A DNA stretch of 51,673 bases from Candidatus Zhuqueibacterota bacterium (GTDB lineage: Bacteria; Zhuqueibacterota; Zhuqueibacteria; Residuimicrobiales; JAFGEC01). The position numbers and the translations under genes are program-made. Positions 45,756 through 51,673 of the stretch are shown one piece after another. The stretch spans positions 1-51,673 of the forward strand of contig JAFGEC010000232.1 of the NCBI GenBank assembly GCA_016931775.1, written 5' to 3'. Each line of letters starts with the position of its first letter. Position 1 is the stretch's first letter. Under the pieces are notes generated by a model, which ran no database searches, had not been told where the DNA came from, and worked only from the letters and a program-made list of their open reading frames with translations.

Positions 45756-46997
45756 ATGAAAATTCTCAGTGTTCACAAGTTTCATTACATAGAAGGCGGC
45801 GCGGAAAGATATGTTTTCAATCTTTCCGATGTTCTGGAAAAGCGGAAACATACCGTCATTCCGTTTTCCATGCGGCATCCCAAAAACGTACCCTCTCCCT
45901 ACGACGATTTTTTTTCCCCATATTTTAATCCGGAGCAGTTTAAAAGTACGAAAAACCCGATGCGAATTGCTCAAAACGCCATTCGCGTCATCTATAATCG
46001 CGAGGCACAGAAAAAGCTGGCATCACTCATTGAAAAAACCAAACCCGAAATAGCCCATGTTCACAGCATCTATCACCATTTGTCGCCCGCGGTGCTCAAG
46101 ACGTTGAAGGATCACCATTTGCCGGTTTTACAAACACTGCACGACTTTAAACTTCTTTGTCCGAATATCGTGTTTTTAGACGGCAAGAACAAGGTCTGTA
46201 CTCTGTGCAGTAGAGGCAACAACTGGCATGCCATGTGGAAAAAATGTTTCCGCAATTCATTGCCGGGCAGTTTTTTGGTCTCACTCGAGGCGACTGTTCA
46301 TAAATATCTGCGCAGTTATAAAAAATATATCGATGTGTTTCATGTACCCAGCCGGTTTTTGGGCAGCCGGATTATACAAAACGGATACTCTCATCGGCCG
46401 GTAGAAGTGTTGCCTTATACACTCAATGTGAACAATTATTTGCCGAACTATAATCCTGATAACTATTTTGTCTTCGTCGGACGCCTGTCCGTGGAAAAAG
46501 GCGTGCTGTTTTTGCTGGATGCCATTAAAAAGATAAAATCGATTCAATTGAAAATTATCGGTACGGGACCGTTGGAACAACAGATGAAAGAACGTATTAG
46601 CCGCGAACAGTTGACTCATGTAAAAATGGTAGGGTATCAATCGGGAGAGGCATTAAAAAAACTGGTGTCGGGGGCGCTTTTTACCACGGCGCCGTCTCTG
46701 TGCCACGATAACTCACCGTTGTCCATCTATGAATCGTTTTCTCTGGGAAATGCCGTCCTGGGTTCGCGGATGGGAGGTATTCCTGAACTCATCGAGCCTG
46801 GTGTAGATGGATTGGTCTTTGAGCCGGATAATACGGATGATTTTGCCGACAAGGTCGAACAGCTGGTCTCAAACAGGGATAAGACCGTTCAAATGGGCAA
46901 AAACGGCCGCCGAAAAGCGGAAAAACTGTACGCGCCGGATGTTCATTATGAACGGATTATGGAAATGTACCGGAAAACCTGTAAACTGGCGGGATAA
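45756..46997 (+). CDS. GT-B fold glycosyltransferase (GT4-like)
   Basis: 413 aa. N-terminal KILSVHKFHYIEGGAERY and C-terminal SPLSIYESFSLGNAVLGSRMGGIPELI. Confidence 0.85.
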   Translation: MKILSVHKFHYIEGGAERYVFNLSDVLEKRKHTVIPFSMRHPKNVPSPYDDFFSPYFNPEQFKSTKNPMRIAQNAIRVIYNREAQKKLASLIEKTKPEIAHVHSIYHHLSPAVLKTLKDHHLPVLQTLHDFKLLCPNIVFLDGKNKVCTLCSRGNNWHAMWKKCFRNSLPGSFLVSLEATVHKYLRSYKKYIDVFHVPSRFLGSRIIQNGYSHRPVEVLPYTLNVNNYLPNYNPDNYFVFVGRLSVEKGVLFLLDAIKKIKSIQLKIIGTGPLEQQMKERISREQLTHVKMVGYQSGEALKKLVSGALFTTAPSLCHDNSPLSIYESFSLGNAVLGSRMGGIPELIEPGVDGLVFEPDNTDDFADKVEQLVSNRDKTVQMGKNGRRKAEKLYAPDVHYERIMEMYRKTCKLAG

Positions 46998-47193
46998 AGG
47001 GAGAAATTTGATACCGTGGACGGGCGGTCTTGCTCCGCAGCAGTTGGGAAGACCTGAAAAGGAATCAGAAAAGATTGATATTTAAAACATCAGTCTTACA
47101 GCACCCCGCTTTTTTGTGTCCGTGATCGATTCGGAACTTTAATATTTTTACCAATCGTTTTTATCTTGAAAAAAAATCTGTATTAACTACAAG

Positions 47194-47210
47194 TTGGCAC
47201 TGTGTTTGCC
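47194..47210 (+). promoter_or_regulatory. Sigma-54 (-24/-12) type promoter for the giant secreted protein gene
   Basis: TTGGCACTGTGTTTGCC gives TGGCAC-N5-TTGC. GG is at 47196-47197 and GC at 47208-47209 (12-nt register). It lies in the 372-nt intergenic region, ~160 nt upstream of ATG 47370. Confidence 0.65.
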
Positions 47211-47302
47211 TGTTGTTTAGTATTTAGAGGTCGAATTGAGGAGCTCTATTTACTAAGACGAAAAAAAACAATGATTTAAAAATTAGGCAACTATGGGACC
47301 TT

Positions 47303-47343
47303 TGTTTTGTTTCCAGACAACTGTTTTGAGTTGAAACAAAACA
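47303..47343 (+). promoter_or_regulatory. Perfect 11-bp inverted repeat (hairpin or operator) in the predicted 5' UTR
   Basis: TGTTTTGTTTC (47303-47313) and GAAACAAAACA (47333-47343) are exact reverse complements with a 19-nt spacer. The repeat ends 11 nt before the GGAGG RBS (47355-47359). Confidence 0.4.
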
Positions 47344-47369
47344 CCCACAGATTCGGAGGTTAAAAGGCC

Positions 47370-50300
47370 ATGATTAAAAAGCATCCTTCACTGGCAATAT
47401 GTTTATTTATGATGATTCTGTTCGGTTTTATCGGAGCGCCGGACAGCCTGGCGGTCACGGACGATTTTCAGGGCCGGACGACATTGGGGCCGAACTGGTC
47501 GGCAGATCCGGAATATCAAATCGTCAACGGACGTCTGCATAATTCCGCAACAATCGCCGCATGGGATTACCTGGCGACTTTTAACGGGCTGACAAATCCC
47601 AATCAAGTGAGTATGACCTGGGCGGCTTCACCGTTTTGTGATGATGACGGTGCCAAAGCCAGTGGACTGGCGATTTGCCTGAGCAGTTTTTCACCCACTG
47701 CCAACGGTTATTTTATCTACGAGCGTAACGGCTACATCTATCTCTATCCCATAAACAGCGGTGCCATTACCGGCAGTCCTATTGATAGTGAAATACGGGC
47801 CGGCGGATCGCCGGCAGCCGGACCGGGTAAAACGTTGATGGTGCAGTTTTTCCCGGCGGATTTCACGTTCAAGGTGTATATCAACAATGTGTTGTTGGGT
47901 ACATTGCAGGACCCTGCAAAAACGCATAATTACGGCACCTATTATTCGGGTGTTTTTCTGCTTGGTAATGCAGCCAATGATGTAGAAGCATTTACAGCCG
48001 ATGTGGTCTCCACCGGTGATTCCACATCGCCATCGGCCATCACCAATCTGGCAGCCACAGCCACTTCCGCCAATGCCGTTCAGCTGAGCTGGACGGCGAC
48101 CGGCGATGATGGAACCACTGGGACCGCCTCCGGTTACGATATACGTTACAGTACCGCTACTATAACTGCGGCAAACTTTAATGCGGCAACCCAGGCAACC
48201 GGTATCCCGGCGCCGAAAGCGGCCAGCCTGGCTGAAACTTTCAGTGTCTCCGGACTCAGTGCCGAAACGCAGTATTATTTTGCCATCAAGGCGAGGGACG
48301 AGGCGTTTAACTGGTCGGCGATTTCCAACGTACCTTCTGCCACCACACCGGAAGGCGGAGTGACTCCACCGCCCAGTGGAGAGGTGCTGTCTTATACCGA
48401 CAATTTCGATCGAGTGGCATTGGGTGCGGATTGGGCGGCAACGACATATCACCAGCTTGTGGATGGGACGTTGGGTCTTAATGGCAGTGCCGGAGGAGGA
48501 TGGGATTATCTGGCCACTTTTATCAAATCTCCCATCGCCGAAAATCCTGTCGGTGTCGCCATGAAATTTGATGCCGTATTAAGCGATCCACCCGCAGCTA
48601 ACGGTACCAACACGTGCGGTTTTGGACTGCTGCTGGATTCACCCTCTGCGACGGCAAACGGTTATCTGCTTTTGTACCGTAGCGGTAAATTAACGCTTTA
48701 TAACGTGGCCGGCGGCAGTGCGGGCGGACCGATCGCGGCAGTCACCGCTCTCTCGCCGGACCCGATTCCCGGTGATGTGGTGAAAGTGATGATTACCATT
48801 GAAGGGGGACAACAAAAGTTTGCAGTCTCTAAAAATGAAGTTGCTGTTGGAACCGTTACGATCGCCAGTCCGACGCACAATCCGAGTACCTGGTATACGG
48901 GTGTGATGCAGGTCGGTGGTTATAATAACAATATCACCTATTTTACAATTTACTACCAGGGCGCCGGCGAGCCCGGACAGATTACCGAGCATTATGGCAA
49001 CCTTCAATCCGGCCCGATTTTTTCCACGCTTCCCGATTCCGTGGCCGTCCGGGTGACCGATGCCACAGGTAATCCTTTTGAAGGTACGGTGGTGGATTTC
49101 CAGGTTGTTCAGGGAACCGCTGATTTAAGTATTGACGAATTTGAGTATGACGGGTTGATCTGGTATGAATGCGAAAAAGGCGCTGTTGTATCACCCGCGA
49201 TTATCGAGCAGGACGAGGCCGCTTCGGGGGGCGCGTATGTAGTGACGCCCTATGTTGAAGGTAATTACCGAAGAGGGCGTTCGATTATGAATATCTACGT
49301 CCCTGAGATGGGTAATTTTGATCTTTATTTACGAATTCAATGTCCTACAAAAAATTCCAACAGTTTCTTTTACAAATTTAACAATGAAGATTCCGTTGAA
49401 ATTACGTACAGTAACGCATGGACATATTGGCAGTGGAAACCTGTGGCTAACAAAACCCTGGAAAAAGGTTTTCACAAAGTGCATATAGGAACCCGCGAAC
49501 CGGGGACACTGTTTGATAAAATCGTATTAAACGATAAAAATAAAAATCCCAATTACACCGGGCCGGCTGCAGGTTCGAAAGGCGGCACAGGGCCGTTGCT
49601 TCCCAATATGTCAGATATGAACGGTATCGCTTATACCTACGTCACATTCGGCAGCGATGCAAACAACGATGTGATCATTAATGCCACGGCTTACCGTTCC
49701 GACGGCACCACACAACTGGACGGTTCACCGGTGGCTTTTACCCTGGATCCTTTACCGGGTGCGGCGGTTTCAATGGAACGTGATCCGGGTCTTGCCGATC
49801 CGATGGTGGGTCCTCCCGGTTCACAAATGCAGACACCATTACGTGTTATGGTTTATGATCAGTACGATAACCGTGTACCCGGCATTTCGATCAATTGGGC
49901 CATCACCATGGGCAGTGGCGGTTCGTTGTCCGACAACGTTTCGGTGACTGACGAAAACGGTGAGGCGATTACATATTTGACCCTCTCCCTGCTGGGAGAC
50001 AATTATACGGTTCAGGCGACAAATAATGCCCTAACCGGTTCACCGGCTACATTTAATATCGTACCCGGCAATCCTCCGCAAACTGTCCAATTGATCGGAC
50101 CGAAAACACAACAAACAACCTTTGCCGGCACCAAGGTAGACAGCTTGCTGACGGTAAAAATTCTGGACGATGAAGGCAGTCCGTTTAAGGATTACCCTGT
50201 TGAATTTAGCGTAACCGCCGGAGGCGGATCGGTTGCAGCAGCTACCGGTAAAGGCAATAATACATACGAAATAACCACCGAAGCCGCTTCATCGGTGATC

Positions 50301-51673
50301 GTAAAAAGTGACGCCAACGGTTTGGCCCGGGCGCAATGGACGCTTGGTAATACCGTCGGTCTGAATACCGTCGAAGCTCGTGCTTCAGGATTGATCGGAT
50401 CGCCTATTACTTTTACAGCCATGGGAGAACTGGGCCCGGCTGCCATATTGACAAAAAACAGCGGTGATGCACAGACCGGCCCGGTGGGTCTGAAACTGGC
50501 GAAACCCCTTGAAGTGAAATTAACCGATGCCTACGGAAATCCGATCCCCAGCAAAGCGATAAAATTTATCCTGGATCAGGGGACGGGTGCCTATATCGAT
50601 CAAGCCGGTGTTATGGAAAAAACCGTCTATACCAATGCTGAAGGCCTGGCTCACGTCGAATTGATCATGGGAAGTATAGAATCCGAAGAGCATTTGGTAA
50701 GAGCGACCGCTGTTGGAACGGAAATATCGGCCGTTGTCTTCACGGCCACGGCAACAGCGCCTATTGCCGCTGCCATTCAGTATGTATCCGGTAACGGAAT
50801 TTATGCCTTTGATCACTGGGTTTATCAGGATACCGTGGTGACGCGGCCGCTCAAGGATCCGTTTGTGGTCAAGGTTGTGGGTCCATTTGGAAAGCCGGTG
50901 GCCAACCATCCCGTTATATTCTCTGTTATCGAAGGTGGCGGAAACCTCAGCGGTAATGCTGAGGTGACGGCTGTGAGTAACGCCGAGGGCCTCGTCTCTG
51001 CTAAATTGACATTGGGGACGCTGGCGGGCGACAGTATACATATCGTTGAAGCCACGTCATTCCGTGAGGATATACCGACCCAGCCGTTAAATAATTCGCC
51101 CATTGTTTTTAAAGCCACCGCCCGGCCGAAACCGGCGTCAAAGTTGGTTATGGACGCGCAGACCAATAATCAAACCGCTCAGGTGGGCCAGCCACTGCCC
51201 AAACCGGTGCGTGTTTTGGTGACCGATGTCCACGGCAATTATATTGGAGGGCATTTTGTCACTTTTGAAATTCAGGGAGAAGGCGGCCAGCTGCAGGACG
51301 ATATGGGATTTGACCAGCTTAAGCAGGTACGGACCGGTGCCGATGACGGCTATGCATCCATCGTGTGGTACATGCCGGAGAAACCGGGTATGGTGTCATT
51401 GAACGCTACATCTTTTACAGAAACAGGTGTGAATTTGGATGGTAGTCCGGTTACTTTTCTTGCAACCGCTACCGTCGGCAATCCCGACAGTATGGCACGG
51501 GTAACAGCGGATTCGGTGCTCAAAGGAATAGCGGGTAAAAAGCTCGCCCAACGCCCGACGGTAAAAATTCTTGATGGACTGGGCAATAAAATTGCCGGTT
51601 ACCCTGTCACTTTTCAAGTCAAATCAGGAGAAGGCACGGTTAACGGCGCACCCCAGGTAACGATTCCAACAAA
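47370..51673 (+). CDS. Giant secreted surface/adhesin-like protein, 5' partial (>=1434 aa): signal peptide, LamG-like, FN3, LamG-like, then >=7 Big_1-type Ig repeats
   Basis: Not in the ORF track. ATG 47370 lies 10 nt after GGAGG. I translated every codon to 51671 and found no stop. MIKKHPSLAICLFMMILFGFIGAPDSLA is a signal peptide. FN3 signature: AVQLSWTATGDDGTTGTASGYDIRYS. Repeats show the pattern V-x-V-x-D-x-x-G-N-P...V-x-F...TD-x-NG-x-A...GSP-x-x-F. Confidence 0.9.
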   Translation, partial: MIKKHPSLAICLFMMILFGFIGAPDSLAVTDDFQGRTTLGPNWSADPEYQIVNGRLHNSATIAAWDYLATFNGLTNPNQVSMTWAASPFCDDDGAKASGLAICLSSFSPTANGYFIYERNGYIYLYPINSGAITGSPIDSEIRAGGSPAAGPGKTLMVQFFPADFTFKVYINNVLLGTLQDPAKTHNYGTYYSGVFLLGNAANDVEAFTADVVSTGDSTSPSAITNLAATATSANAVQLSWTATGDDGTTGTASGYDIRYSTATITAANFNAATQATGIPAPKAASLAETFSVSGLSAETQYYFAIKARDEAFNWSAISNVPSATTPEGGVTPPPSGEVLSYTDNFDRVALGADWAATTYHQLVDGTLGLNGSAGGGWDYLATFIKSPIAENPVGVAMKFDAVLSDPPAANGTNTCGFGLLLDSPSATANGYLLLYRSGKLTLYNVAGGSAGGPIAAVTALSPDPIPGDVVKVMITIEGGQQKFAVSKNEVAVGTVTIASPTHNPSTWYTGVMQVGGYNNNITYFTIYYQGAGEPGQITEHYGNLQSGPIFSTLPDSVAVRVTDATGNPFEGTVVDFQVVQGTADLSIDEFEYDGLIWYECEKGAVVSPAIIEQDEAASGGAYVVTPYVEGNYRRGRSIMNIYVPEMGNFDLYLRIQCPTKNSNSFFYKFNNEDSVEITYSNAWTYWQWKPVANKTLEKGFHKVHIGTREPGTLFDKIVLNDKNKNPNYTGPAAGSKGGTGPLLPNMSDMNGIAYTYVTFGSDANNDVIINATAYRSDGTTQLDGSPVAFTLDPLPGAAVSMERDPGLADPMVGPPGSQMQTPLRVMVYDQYDNRVPGISINWAITMGSGGSLSDNVSVTDENGEAITYLTLSLLGDNYTVQATNNALTGSPATFNIVPGNPPQTVQLIGPKTQQTTFAGTKVDSLLTVKILDDEGSPFKDYPVEFSVTAGGGSVAAATGKGNNTYEITTEAASSVIVKSDANGLARAQWTLGNTVGLNTVEARASGLIGSPITFTAMGELGPAAILTKNSGDAQTGPVGLKLAKPLEVKLTDAYGNPIPSKAIKFILDQGTGAYIDQAGVMEKTVYTNAEGLAHVELIMGSIESEEHLVRATAVGTEISAVVFTATATAPIAAAIQYVSGNGIYAFDHWVYQDTVVTRPLKDPFVVKVVGPFGKPVANHPVIFSVIEGGGNLSGNAEVTAVSNAEGLVSAKLTLGTLAGDSIHIVEATSFREDIPTQPLNNSPIVFKATARPKPASKLVMDAQTNNQTAQVGQPLPKPVRVLVTDVHGNYIGGHFVTFEIQGEGGQLQDDMGFDQLKQVRTGADDGYASIVWYMPEKPGMVSLNATSFTETGVNLDGSPVTFLATATVGNPDSMARVTADSVLKGIAGKKLAQRPTVKILDGLGNKIAGYPVTFQVKSGEGTVNGAPQVTIPT
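48981..51673 (+). repeat. Tandem array of ~110-120-aa Big_1 (invasin/intimin-type) Ig-like coding repeats
   Basis: Approximate unit boundaries are 48981, 49750, 50070, 50430, 50760, 51123 and 51478, with the last unit truncated by the window. Units are divergent at the nucleotide level but share the protein motif described for the CDS. Confidence 0.7.

Noticed and set aside
47026-47054. Possible terminator hairpin GGTCTT...AAGACC after the last GT4 gene, and the T-run at ~47110-47116.
   Set aside because: The stem is only 6 bp with a 17-nt loop and no adjacent U-tract. The T-run (CCCCGCTTTTTT) has no complementary upstream arm. This is not convincing as an intrinsic terminator.
47403-51617. 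All ORF-track entries in this interval. Most are minus-strand (47403-47606, 47691-48452, 48690-49007, 48698-48880, 48982-49194, 50192-50446, 50520-51041, 50825-51166, 51350-51586, 51396-51617); a few are short plus-strand off-frame ORFs (48181-48363, 48376-48564, 49681-49947).
   Set aside because: They lie antisense to, or out of frame with, an uninterrupted >4.3 kb plus-strand frame that has a signal peptide, an RBS and recognisable domains. Their products are Arg/Gly/Pro/Cys-rich low-complexity sequences typical of shadow ORFs in a GC-richer gene.
47370-51673. Apparent GC-content rise in the giant gene compared with the glycan locus. Examples: 38 of 60 G+C in 48061-48120 versus 14 of 60 in 36241-36300. 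This might suggest horizontal acquisition.
   Set aside because: Other sampled lines overlap (30 of 60 in 50221-50280 versus 28 of 60 in 20101-20160). The difference is explained by amino-acid composition: Gly/Ala/Pro/Thr-rich secreted domains versus Phe/Ile/Lys-rich membrane proteins. It needs GC3 or codon analysis before any claim.
1-51673. Scan for tRNA/rRNA genes, CRISPR repeats, transposase/integrase genes, terminal inverted repeats, and toxin-antitoxin or defence genes.
   Set aside because: None recognised. Non-coding space is limited to a few AT-rich spacers (12360-12795, 14674-14811, 17214-17456, 46998-47369) that contain no repeat arrays.

Overview
Bases 1-46997 are one very large, almost uninterrupted plus-strand locus for cell-envelope glycan biosynthesis (EPS, capsule or O-antigen-like). 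The last 4.3 kb is the 5' part of a giant secreted Ig-repeat protein. The supplied ORF track misses it because it runs off the window; I translated it codon by codon and found no stop from 47370 to 51671. From left to right the window holds: the tail of a BY-tyrosine kinase (Wzc-like), sugar-modifying enzymes, the initiating polyprenyl-phosphate sugar-1-phosphate transferase, and GT4s. Next come a sigma-54-type promoter driving a secreted glycosidase-like protein, and an inverted minus-strand pair (B12-binding radical SAM plus metallophosphoesterase). After that lies a ~29 kb gene train starting with a DUF457/YdjM membrane hydrolase. I count 20 glycosyltransferases: 9 GT-B (GT4/GT1-like), 6 GT2, 4 GT-C and 1 initiating transferase. 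There are also 2 Wzx-type and 2 UPF0104-type candidate translocators, one Wzy/O-antigen-ligase-like protein, 3 SAM methyltransferases, a ChbG/YdjC deacetylase, and several SDR, FAD and Gfo-Idh-MocA oxidoreductases. The most unusual content is five Dpm1/GtrB/ArnC-like polyprenyl-phosphate sugar synthases, one apparently catalytically dead, together with four ArnT/PMT-like GT-C enzymes and a DUF2304-like small membrane protein. This suggests a multi-branch extracytoplasmic glycosylation system grafted onto a Wzx/Wzy pathway. I cannot match that combination to any described system. Two near-consensus sigma-54 (-24/-12) promoters sit upstream of the two secreted proteins. I saw no tRNA, rRNA, CRISPR array, transposase or integrase. 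All functional calls come from reading motifs by eye; no search was run. The taxon is unknown; GTG/TTG starts and 4-nt start/stop overlaps are frequent.
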